Shown one piece after another: positions 1-7,172 of a stretch of DNA of 35,928 nt (its first letter is position 1; every line of letters begins with the position of its first letter). The DNA comes from a virus. The DNA is taken from the IMG/VR virus record IMGVR_UViG_3300045988_115600; one strand, given 5' to 3'. The notes under the pieces are model-generated. The model saw nothing but the letters and a program-made list of their open reading frames with translations, did no database searches and had not been told where the DNA came from. The translations under genes were made by a program, and so were the position numbers.

Positions 1-77
1 GTTGAAATTACAGAAGAGGCAACACCGTTGCCGCTTGAATTAAATAAAGCACCAGCACCATTACAGGAAGAGGAAAA
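1..77. repeat. 77-bp terminal direct repeat identical to 35852..35928. This is a contig-end overlap indicating a circular or circularly permuted genome.
   Basis: Read by eye: the first 77 bases (gttgaaattacagaagagg...caggaagaggaaaa) recur exactly as the last 77 bases of the window. Confidence 0.9.
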
Positions 78-141
78 CAAAGCAAAGACGGATACATTTA
101 ATTTTACAGAGGCAGTATTGCTTGCAATGAATGAAGAATAA
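1..141 (+). CDS. 3' part of a small wrap-around ORF that starts at 35837. The acidic hypothetical protein is about 51 aa once the 77-bp overlap is collapsed.
   Basis: Frame 1 is open from base 1 to TAA at 139..141. It is in frame with ATG 35837, which has an AAGGAG RBS, through the terminal repeat. Confidence 0.45.
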   Translation, partial: VEITEEATPLPLELNKAPAPLQEEENKAKTDTFNFTEAVLLAMNEE

Positions 142-154
142 AGGAGAGTGCGCA

Positions 155-421
155 ATGAGCAAAGAACAGGAAGAAATGCAGCAGGCAACAGAGGAACATA
201 TAGAGCAGCCGTTACCAGATGAACCAAAAGAGGAACAGAGTGAGCCAATGGGAATACTTACAAGCCGAGCGCATGAAGATATGACATTAGCAATTTTACA
301 AGTACAGGCAGCCTATGGACTGCCAGCATATTTAACAGATCTGATTGTAACGGCAGTGCTTGCGGATATCCGGGGCTGTGCAAATAAGGATTTGCTTAAT
401 ACATTGAGCAGAAAGGAGTAG
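155..421 (+). CDS. Hypothetical small acidic protein between Tal and the fibre gene.
   Basis: ORF 131..421. The internal ATG at 155 is preceded by AAAGGAG (138..144). It sits in the tail-fibre gene cluster. No recognisable domain. Confidence 0.5.
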   Translation: MSKEQEEMQQATEEHIEQPLPDEPKEEQSEPMGILTSRAHEDMTLAILQVQAAYGLPAYLTDLIVTAVLADIRGCANKDLLNTLSRKE

Positions 422-424
422 CAC

Positions 425-1426
425 ATGGCGTTACAGAATGTACAGAGAATACAGATTGAGCTTGACGGCAGCGCACCTTTTGAGTATGTCGTGGCAAAAG
501 CTGGGGAAAAAGAAAGCCGGATAGTGGAAGTTACACTGTTGGAGAATAAGAAAGAGTTTACCATACCAGCCGGGACAACAGCAAAAATTAAGTATTACAA
601 GCCAGACGGCAAATTTGTATTGAACAATGCCACAATCAGCGGGAATGTTATTACAGTGACATATACAGAGCAGATGCTGGCAGTTTCCGGCACTGGGCGT
701 GGGGAAATTGTTTTATACAACGGAACAGCCGTATTACGAAGCGCAACGTATTACACGAAGATTACACCAACGGTGTACAAGGAAAATGGGCTGATAAGTG
801 ATAATGAGTTTTTGGATATGGCAGAAAGCATTATTGCAATGAATCAGCAGACAGATAAGGCAATAAATGCAACCAAGAGTGCAGAACAGGCGGCAGCAGA
901 TGCCAATACAGCAACAGCAGCAGCCAATAGCGCAGCAAAAGCGGGAAATGCAGCGGCTACAGCCGGAAATAATGCAGCAAAGGCAGCGAATGATGCAGCA
1001 GAGGCGGCAAATAATGCAGCAAACAGTGTAGCACAGACAAAGAAAGATGCAACAGCGGCAGCAGAAGCCGCCAACAGTGCAGCCAAGGCAGCAAACGAAG
1101 CGACCACAGCAGCCAATAGTGCAGCGAAAGCGGGAAATGCAGCAGCCGCAGCCGGGAACAGCGCAGCCAAGGCAGCGAATGATGCAGCAGCAGCGGCAAA
1201 TGAAGCCAAAGCCAATACAGTAACAGCAACACAGAACGCACAGACAGCAACCAGCGAGGCGAACACAAAGGCAGCAGCCGCCAATAATGCAGCCGTAGCG
1301 GCAAATAAAGCGGCGGCAGCCTGTGAGAATATGGCAAAGGGAATTAACAGTATGACGGACAGCACAACGGGCATTACCTACACAATAGGGATTAACGGCG
1401 GCATGGTGTATTTAGAATCAGTATAA
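425..1426 (+). CDS. Tail fibre / baseplate upper protein-like (BppU-type N-domain) with an Ala/Asn-rich shaft.
   Basis: 333-aa ORF with an AAGGAG RBS. The N-terminal ~140 aa resemble BppU-type fibre N-domains (recalled from memory, not searched). The C-terminal ~190 aa are AANSAAKAGNAAA-type low complexity, typical of fibre shafts. It lies directly after Tal. Confidence 0.6.
   Translation: MALQNVQRIQIELDGSAPFEYVVAKAGEKESRIVEVTLLENKKEFTIPAGTTAKIKYYKPDGKFVLNNATISGNVITVTYTEQMLAVSGTGRGEIVLYNGTAVLRSATYYTKITPTVYKENGLISDNEFLDMAESIIAMNQQTDKAINATKSAEQAAADANTATAAANSAAKAGNAAATAGNNAAKAANDAAEAANNAANSVAQTKKDATAAAEAANSAAKAANEATTAANSAAKAGNAAAAAGNSAAKAANDAAAAANEAKANTVTATQNAQTATSEANTKAAAANNAAVAANKAAAACENMAKGINSMTDSTTGITYTIGINGGMVYLESV
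918..1207 (+). repeat. Internal direct duplication inside the fibre shaft: ~100-nt units at about 918..1017 and 1108..1207.
   Basis: gcagccaatag[c/t]gcagc[a/g]aaagcgggaaatgcagc...gcagcgaatgatgcagcag occurs twice. The protein segments AANSAAKAGNAAATAGNNAAKAANDAA and AANSAAKAGNAAAAAGNSAAKAANDAA correspond. Confidence 0.7.
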
Positions 1427-1436
1427 GGAGCAGAGC

Positions 1437-2714
1437 ATGGCAAGAATTTATTTAGCGGATAAAGAAACATTGGACAGTACGCACGCAAATACAAATGCAA
1501 TTCTGGCAGCATTAGAGGAAAGCGGCGGGGAACATAAGAAAGCGGTACGTTATGGTATCAAAATCAGCAAGAGCGACAGCGGAAAGAAAAGCCGGGTAAC
1601 GTACCTATATGACGCTGTAGGCATGACCCCTGCGGCGATGAACTATACAGACGGTGTTTTTAACTATGGTAGCTGGGGCAATGTGGAATTTGTAAAGAAT
1701 AACTACCCTTGCATGGTTAAGTTTGACGGTACAGAGGACTACAAGTTACTGGCAACAGATTACTCATTAAAGGCAGACGGAACAACGGCAAGCGATGTGG
1801 CAAACGTGGATTATGCGGGTAATGCAATGGCAGCATTTAAGGGCGGCTGGCTGTGCCAGTACGAAACGGCTACAGACGAATACATCATTTGGAGTAATGT
1901 AAAATACGATGACGGGTACAACGCATACCACAGAACAGCACCAGACGGAGTTATCAGAGAGGGATTTTACCGCAGAATCTACACACCTGCATTATTAAAT
2001 AATGTAGCAAGGTCATTAAGTGGGCAGCAGCCAATGGCAAGCAAAAATGCAACGCAGGAACGTACATACATTAAAGCAAACGGCGATGTATGGGAGCATA
2101 CAAGCTGGTGGGAATGGAATTATATTATTGCACTGTTAAAGATTATGGCAAAATCAGAGGATTTACAGGAAGCATACGGCAATGGAAACATGAGCGGTTA
2201 TGTGAATGATTCAACGAAGTATTACGGAGTACTTGCCACAGGTAGTATGGACGATAAAGGGCAGTTTTACGGATATAATGCCGGAAATAAACAGATTAAG
2301 GTATTCCATACAGAGGCAATGTGGGGCGATCAGTGGGAGCGTATCTGTCAAATGGTTTGTGATAAAGGCGTTGTGAAAGTGCAGCCATATGGAGATTGTA
2401 ATTTAACTGGTGCAGGATTTGAAAAAGTGCTAGATTTTGCAGATTACGGAGTAAGTGGTAGCGTTGGCGGCTACATGAAAGATACCGTTATGACGAAAGC
2501 GGGACGTTTCCCGGTAACATATACAGGCAGCAGCTCAACATATCTGTGTGATTACTTTTGGTTGAATACAGGCATTGTGGCTGTGCCTCTTGTGGGCGGC
2601 GACTGCAACAGCGGGCTGGGTTGCGGGGCTTGCGTGACCTTGGCCAACACCGCTGGCAATGCGACCTGGGGCATTGCGCCCGGTCTTTCTTGCAAAATGC
2701 CTAATGCTGCGTAA
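1437..2714 (+). CDS. DGR target protein 1, a putative receptor-binding fibre tip whose C-terminal 38 codons are the variable repeat.
   Basis: 425-aa ORF with an AAGGAG RBS, immediately downstream of the fibre gene. Its C-terminus VAVPLVGGDCNSGLGCGACVTLANTAGNATWGIAPG is encoded by VR1, which matches the TR except at adenines. Confidence 0.85.
   Translation: MARIYLADKETLDSTHANTNAILAALEESGGEHKKAVRYGIKISKSDSGKKSRVTYLYDAVGMTPAAMNYTDGVFNYGSWGNVEFVKNNYPCMVKFDGTEDYKLLATDYSLKADGTTASDVANVDYAGNAMAAFKGGWLCQYETATDEYIIWSNVKYDDGYNAYHRTAPDGVIREGFYRRIYTPALLNNVARSLSGQQPMASKNATQERTYIKANGDVWEHTSWWEWNYIIALLKIMAKSEDLQEAYGNGNMSGYVNDSTKYYGVLATGSMDDKGQFYGYNAGNKQIKVFHTEAMWGDQWERICQMVCDKGVVKVQPYGDCNLTGAGFEKVLDFADYGVSGSVGGYMKDTVMTKAGRFPVTYTGSSSTYLCDYFWLNTGIVAVPLVGGDCNSGLGCGACVTLANTAGNATWGIAPGLSCKMPNAA
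2577..2691 (+). repeat. DGR variable repeat VR1.
   Basis: Gap-free 115-nt manual alignment to TR 2810..2924 shows 12 mismatches. All are at TR adenines (A->G x8, A->C x3, A->T x1). The first 24 nt, which contain no A, are identical. Confidence 0.9.
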
Positions 2715-2729
2715 GCAGTAAAGGGGGAA

Positions 2730-2747
2730 CGGGGGATTTCTCCCCCG
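2730..2747 (+). promoter_or_regulatory. GC-rich hairpin 38 nt downstream of VR1: 7-bp stem CGGGGGA/TCCCCCG with loop TTTC. Candidate DGR target-recognition element.
   Basis: The inverted repeat was read directly. A near-identical copy follows VR2 at 14278..14295. Confidence 0.7.
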
Positions 2748-2809
2748 CAGGAAAGTACAACATACGAAAAATTAACGGTAGAGAGAATATAATAGGGGAT
2801 TTCCGGGGC

Positions 2810-2924
2810 GTGGCTGTGCCTCTTGTGGGCGGCAACTGCAACAACGGGCTGAATTGCGGGGCTTACGTGAACTTGAACAACACCGCTGGCAATGCGAACT
2901 GGAACATTGCGCCCGGTCATTCTT
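2810..2924 (+). repeat. DGR template repeat (TR), non-coding.
   Basis: It lies in the 334-nt gap between the target stop and the RT start. It contains 24 adenines, and 10 codons in the VR frame are AAC/AAT. It is the invariant parent of both VR1 and VR2. Confidence 0.9.
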
Positions 2925-3048
2925 ATCAAATTATGGAAGATTAACCAAATGCCCCGGAAATTCCTACACCGCTGGCGGTTGAAATACCGCTGAAAGTGAA
3001 AATACAGCCGCAAAAGGTGCAGTATGGTAGCCGGGGCGAAGCCCTTAG

Positions 3049-4260
3049 TTGCATAGCGTGGCGAACTACTGCAAGGCGATAAGAAAGAGAATAAGAATGA
3101 TTAGTTTTAACGGCGTAAGCGAACAACTGTATATACCAGAAGAACAAATAAAAGATATATACAATGCATCAAAAGGAAAGAGCAAGAAAGAACAGGCGCA
3201 GATAGTAAAAGCGAATGTAGAACACTACAGAAAAGAGCTGGATAAAAGATTAAAGAACAATACATTTGCACCGAAAAGACATAAAACAAAAATCATACAG
3301 GAAAATTCCTGCAAGAAAACACGAAAGATAGTAAAGCCACAATATATGTATGAGCAAATGGCGCACCATTCCGTAATGCGGGTATTTGTGCCGATTGCAA
3401 TGAGAGGCATGTATTACCATGTGTACGGGAGTATACCGGGAAAAGGTGTACACAGAGGAAAAAGAACTGTAGAACGGTGGATAAGAGAGGATAGCAGAAA
3501 CTGCAAGTACATATATAAGCTGGATATACGGCATTTCTTTGAGAGTGTGCCGCACAGAAGATTAAAGAAAGCACTAAAACGGAAAATCAGAGATAGAGAG
3601 TTACTAAAGAAATTATTTATTATCATAGACAGCCATAAACCGGGGTTGCCGTTAGGCTATTACCCGTCACAGTGGTTCGGTAATTTTTATTTGCAGCCAC
3701 TAGATCACTTTATCATGGAGCAGTTACATGTAAAGCATTACATACGGTATATGGACGATATGGTTATATTCGGAAACAATAAAAAGGAACTGCATAAAGC
3801 AAGGCTGCAAATTGAGAAATTCATAACGGAAGAGCTGGGATTACAAATAAAGAAAAACTGGCAGGTATTCCGTTTTGACTATGTAGACAGAAAAGGCAAG
3901 CGCAGAGGCAGACCGTTGGATTTTATGGGGTTCAAATTTTATAGAGACAGAACAACGATACGAAAGAGCATATTACAGGGCATACGTGGCAAGGTCAACC
4001 GGGTAAAGCGAAAAGAAAAGATTACGTGGGTAGATGCAGGTAGTTTACTTTCTAGGCTGGGCTGGATTTGGCATAGTGACACTTACGCATATTACGAAAG
4101 ATACATAAAACCATATGTAAAAGTGAAAGTGCTAAAAACGCTGGTTTCAAAGCACGCAAGAAAGGAGAATGAACGCAATGGAATGGTACGCAGCAGAAAG
4201 CACTGCAGAAGAGAAACCAAAAGAGCTGGATATAACAAGCAGCCCGCACCTTGTATATAA
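3049..4260 (+). CDS. DGR reverse transcriptase.
   Basis: 403-aa ORF. An alternative, more likely start is ATG 3097 (MISFNG...). YMDD lies at 3748..3759 (IRYMDDMVIFG). The DGR-clade motif LGYYPSQ ([LIV]GxxxSQ) lies at 3652..3672. It is adjacent to the TR. Confidence 0.9.
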   Translation: MHSVANYCKAIRKRIRMISFNGVSEQLYIPEEQIKDIYNASKGKSKKEQAQIVKANVEHYRKELDKRLKNNTFAPKRHKTKIIQENSCKKTRKIVKPQYMYEQMAHHSVMRVFVPIAMRGMYYHVYGSIPGKGVHRGKRTVERWIREDSRNCKYIYKLDIRHFFESVPHRRLKKALKRKIRDRELLKKLFIIIDSHKPGLPLGYYPSQWFGNFYLQPLDHFIMEQLHVKHYIRYMDDMVIFGNNKKELHKARLQIEKFITEELGLQIKKNWQVFRFDYVDRKGKRRGRPLDFMGFKFYRDRTTIRKSILQGIRGKVNRVKRKEKITWVDAGSLLSRLGWIWHSDTYAYYERYIKPYVKVKVLKTLVSKHARKENERNGMVRSRKHCRRETKRAGYNKQPAPCI

Positions 4261-4483
4261 GAGGCGCAATATTGAAAAAGTACCCATGAGTAATGAAAAT
4301 GAGGAAAGCATGGCAGGAGAAAAGTGGGTATATGAAGAATGTATGCAGGATAAAGAAGAGTATGAGAGCCAGCAGGCAGAGTTATTAAGCCCAACTACAG
4401 AGGCAATCATGCAGGAAATTTCCGCATTGCAGATGCAGCAGACAGAAACGCAGATCACACTTGAAATGTTAATGGAGCAGTAG
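4178..4483 (+). CDS. Hypothetical acidic protein in the position usually held by an XkdW-like gene upstream of xkdX.
   Basis: ORF 4169..4483. ATG 4178 has better spacing to AAGGAG (4162..4167). It overlaps the RT 3' end by about 83 nt. It is Glu-rich and not Avd-like. Confidence 0.5.
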   Translation: MEWYAAESTAEEKPKELDITSSPHLVYKRRNIEKVPMSNENEESMAGEKWVYEECMQDKEEYESQQAELLSPTTEAIMQEISALQMQQTETQITLEMLMEQ

Positions 4484-4498
4484 AAAGGCGGCACAGAC

Positions 4499-4648
4499 AT
4501 GTACGAAGAACTGAAAAAGAAATACGATAAAGGCTATATCACAAAGGCAACATTAAAAGGCTGGGTACGCATTGAGCGTAAGGTAAAGGGCAGAGGGATT
4601 ACAGAGGAACAGTACGAGCAGATTACAGGCGAAAAATACGAGGCATAG
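4499..4648 (+). CDS. XkdX-family small phage protein (49 aa).
   Basis: It is not in the ORF track because it is under 60 aa. The translation MYEELKKKYDKGYITKATLKGWVRIERKVKGRGITEEQYEQITGEKYEA matches the XkdX pattern (W...ITEEQYxxITG). It sits between the fibre and lysis genes. Confidence 0.65.
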   Translation: MYEELKKKYDKGYITKATLKGWVRIERKVKGRGITEEQYEQITGEKYEA

Positions 4649-4664
4649 GAGAAACACAGAGAAA

Positions 4665-5021
4665 ATGGTAGAACAGGTAATAACTTACATTACGGCAAAC
4701 TGGGTAGCATGGTTATTTGCCGGAGCGTATGCAATTCTTATTGCACTTTATAAAAAAGAGAAACAGCAGCATAAGGAAGAAAGAGAAGAAAACAAGGCAG
4801 TGCGTGAGGGATTGCAGGCACTTTTGCGGCAGCAAATCATAGATATTTGCCTAAAGTATGAGGAACACAAAGAAGCCCCGGCATGGGCAAAGCAGGCTGA
4901 AACATCAGCATATAAAGCCTATGAAAAGCTGGGCGGCAATGATGTAGCACACGCAATGCATGAAAGATTTATGCAACTGCCATTATCAGACGGTAATTTA
5001 GAAACAGAAAGGATACATTAG
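4665..5021 (+). CDS. Membrane-anchored protein, first gene of the lysis cluster.
   Basis: 118 aa with one N-terminal TM helix (WVAWLFAGAYAILIALY) followed by a charged helical domain. Function not established. Confidence 0.5.
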   Translation: MVEQVITYITANWVAWLFAGAYAILIALYKKEKQQHKEEREENKAVREGLQALLRQQIIDICLKYEEHKEAPAWAKQAETSAYKAYEKLGGNDVAHAMHERFMQLPLSDGNLETERIH

Positions 5022-5027
5022 CAGTAA

Positions 5028-5351
5028 ATGACATATCGCAGGAGAAAGCGGCGTAGAAGAGTGACACCACAGGCGGCGGTAAGCTGGCTGTGGGAGTTCA
5101 GTAAAAAAGTGGTGTGGACGGTAACACTCTTATACATTGTGTCGTTTGTGTTCGCAATGGTTTTATGTTGGCGAGAGCTACAGTTCATAGGAAACACAGC
5201 GGCAATAACAACACTGATTACAGAATCAAACGAAACATTCCGGGTAGTTGTTGGTGGATATCTGATTAAAGCAGGAATAGAAAACGCCTGCAAGATTGTT
5301 ACCAGTAAGCAAACGCCGCAGGAAGAAACAGACGATAACGCAGAGGGGTAA
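5028..5351 (+). CDS. Small membrane protein (holin/antiholin candidate).
   Basis: 107 aa with an Arg-rich N-terminus, one or two hydrophobic helices (VVWTVTLLYIVSFVFAMVLCW) and an acidic C-tail. Confidence 0.45.
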   Translation: MTYRRRKRRRRVTPQAAVSWLWEFSKKVVWTVTLLYIVSFVFAMVLCWRELQFIGNTAAITTLITESNETFRVVVGGYLIKAGIENACKIVTSKQTPQEETDDNAEG

Positions 5352-5360
5352 GGTGGTAAT

Positions 5361-5699
5361 ATGGGCTTTATCATGGAAAATATCAGAGTTATAGGAATTG
5401 TGTACCTTATAGGTGCAATCATTACTTTTATTGGTTTATTTGCTTTTTTTATGTGGGCGGCAAAGGCAGATGCCAAGGAACAGGAATTATACCCGGAATA
5501 TCCGATAGAAGATGAAAACGAACCATTCAGCTTGTACATAACGGTTGTATTTATTATTTCCATTATGACGGCAATTATATGGTGGGGCGTACCGCTTTTG
5601 TTGGGTGGGTTGCTTCTTTATGACAAGATAACGCAGGAGTACCCGCAGTTAATGGGTGGCATGAATGACACAGAAGAAAAAGAAAACGGAAAGGAATAG
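5361..5699 (+). CDS. Small membrane protein with 2 TM helices.
   Basis: 112 aa with an AAGGTGG RBS. Helices VIGIVYLIGAIITFIGLFAFFMW and TVVFIISIMTAIIWWGVPLLLGGLLL. Acidic tail. Confidence 0.5.
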   Translation: MGFIMENIRVIGIVYLIGAIITFIGLFAFFMWAAKADAKEQELYPEYPIEDENEPFSLYITVVFIISIMTAIIWWGVPLLLGGLLLYDKITQEYPQLMGGMNDTEEKENGKE

Positions 5700-5704
5700 A
5701 GAAA

Positions 5705-6055
5705 ATGGAAAAAGTACTTTTTTATGTAGCGGCAGCATTGATTGCTGTAATGGTTTTGACACTGTGGGTAAATATTATTGTGGCAATCACAAAAAAGGTT
5801 GTTGCGTGGGACAAGTTCCCGGTGCAGGTGTGGGTAATGATTGTAGCCATTGCCTCTACATTGATTACCGTAGCAGCATTTGCACAGTATTTTAATATTG
5901 CAATGTTGTGGTATTACTGGGTAGCAGCTATTGCGCTGGGCTTTTTGGTATGCTATGCGGCAATGTTTGGATATGACAACCTTTATAAGCAAATCATGGA
6001 AACTGTACAAAAGATAAGGGAACTACTGGCAAGAATCACAAAAGACGCTGAATAG
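5705..6055 (+). CDS. Putative holin (3 TM helices).
   Basis: 116 aa with three hydrophobic helices and a charged C-terminus. It lies immediately upstream of the endolysin. RBS GGAAAGGA. Confidence 0.6.
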   Translation: MEKVLFYVAAALIAVMVLTLWVNIIVAITKKVVAWDKFPVQVWVMIVAIASTLITVAAFAQYFNIAMLWYYWVAAIALGFLVCYAAMFGYDNLYKQIMETVQKIRELLARITKDAE

Positions 6056-6076
6056 AAAGAATGAGGATAAAACTAT

Positions 6077-7171
6077 ATGAGCGTATTGATTGGACACGCA
6101 AGCATCAGCGAGAACGGAACTATTAACGGAAAAAAGGGAGATCAGACGGGAAAAGAGGTATGTGTAAGAAACTTTTATAGTAAAACATGGGATTTTATGG
6201 CAATCCACCCGGACGCAAACGTAAGAGAGAAGCACGCAAAAGCGGTAGAGGCAGGCTGTGCAAATAACAATATCGGATACGGACAGGGCGATAGAAACAC
6301 GCTGAACACAGAGGCAAAGAAAGTAAATTATGATTTGTCAAAAGTAGGGCTGTGCAATACGGACTGTAGCGAGTTCCAGAACGTGTGCGCCGTTGCATCT
6401 GGCGCAGCAGGCGTAACGCATGGCAGTAATGGGTGGACTACAGCAACCATGCGTAACGCATTAAATGCTGCGGGCTACAAAATCATTACAGACAGTGCAT
6501 TTCTGAAAAATGAAAATTACTGTGTAAGAGGTGCAATCTATGTAAAAGAAAGCTCACACACCGTATGCGGGCTGACAAATGGAACATACGCAGCACAGAC
6601 GCTTGCAAAAGCCGGGATTGGCGGATACGCCGGAAATAACAACTATTCTGGCAAAGGAATTGGTACAGCGGTTGCAAAATGCGATATGAACATCAGAAGC
6701 GTAGCAGAAGTAAAGAGCAATACTGTATACAGTTCGATTAAAGCGGGCACAAAAGTAGAAGTGCTGGAGGTGTTGGCAAATGGCTGGTATAAGATTGTAT
6801 GGGCGGGCGCATCTTGCGGCTATGCTTATACATCGAATACAAACAATAAGTATTATACATATACCGCCAACAGCAAAAACAACAGTACCAGCACCAGCGA
6901 TAGCAGTGGATTAAAGCAGACGCAGAAACCAGAATCAGCGTTGTGTTTTGATAAGACGCTGGCGGGTGCATATGTTGTTACAGCGGACAAATTGCACATG
7001 AGAGCAGGAGCAGGAAAAACAAAAGCGGACTATGGAACTATCGCAGAGGGTGGCAAAGTACATTGTTACGGATATTACAACAAAGAAAAGGGGACAGGTG
7101 CAAAATGGCTGTATGTTGCCTGCGGAAACGTAACGGGATACTGCCATAGCGATTATCTGAAAAGAGCATAA
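6077..7171 (+). CDS. Endolysin: N-terminal Cys/His peptidoglycan hydrolase domain plus two SH3b-like cell-wall binding repeats.
   Basis: 364 aa. The DCSEF...SSHTVCG arrangement resembles Amidase_5/NlpC-P60-type phage lysins. The C-terminal repeats contain GWYKIVWAGASCGYAY and AKWLYVACGNVTGYCHSDYL. It follows the holin-like genes. Confidence 0.75.
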   Translation: MSVLIGHASISENGTINGKKGDQTGKEVCVRNFYSKTWDFMAIHPDANVREKHAKAVEAGCANNNIGYGQGDRNTLNTEAKKVNYDLSKVGLCNTDCSEFQNVCAVASGAAGVTHGSNGWTTATMRNALNAAGYKIITDSAFLKNENYCVRGAIYVKESSHTVCGLTNGTYAAQTLAKAGIGGYAGNNNYSGKGIGTAVAKCDMNIRSVAEVKSNTVYSSIKAGTKVEVLEVLANGWYKIVWAGASCGYAYTSNTNNKYYTYTANSKNNSTSTSDSSGLKQTQKPESALCFDKTLAGAYVVTADKLHMRAGAGKTKADYGTIAEGGKVHCYGYYNKEKGTGAKWLYVACGNVTGYCHSDYLKRA

Positions 7172-7172
7172 T

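Noticed and set aside
1-77. Terminal repeat considered as genuine direct terminal repeats or LTR-like ends of a linear element.
   Set aside because: The repeat lies inside an ORF that reads through the junction. Its length equals a common assembler k-mer. The HNH/terS architecture predicts cos ends elsewhere, near 20828..20912. This cannot be fully excluded without reads.
844-1374. 176-aa and 126-aa ORFs on the minus strand inside the fibre gene.
   Set aside because: They mirror the GCN/AAY-rich low-complexity coding sequence of the + strand gene. They have no RBS and extreme Ala/Leu composition, so they are antisense artefacts.
2552-3013. 153-aa minus-strand ORF spanning VR1, the hairpin and the TR.
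   Set aside because: It covers a region already explained by the DGR VR/TR on the + strand. It has no RBS, and its openness is a by-product of the GC-rich, stop-poor repeats.
4178-4483. Considered as the missing DGR accessory protein (Avd), because it directly follows the RT.
   Set aside because: The protein is strongly acidic and Glu/Gln-rich, whereas Avd proteins are basic helical bundles. It pairs with the XkdX-family gene as in non-DGR phages.
5018-5563. 181-aa minus-strand ORF over the lysis cluster.
   Set aside because: It overlaps two + strand membrane-protein genes that have RBSs and coherent TM topology. The reverse frame of hydrophobic genes is often open.
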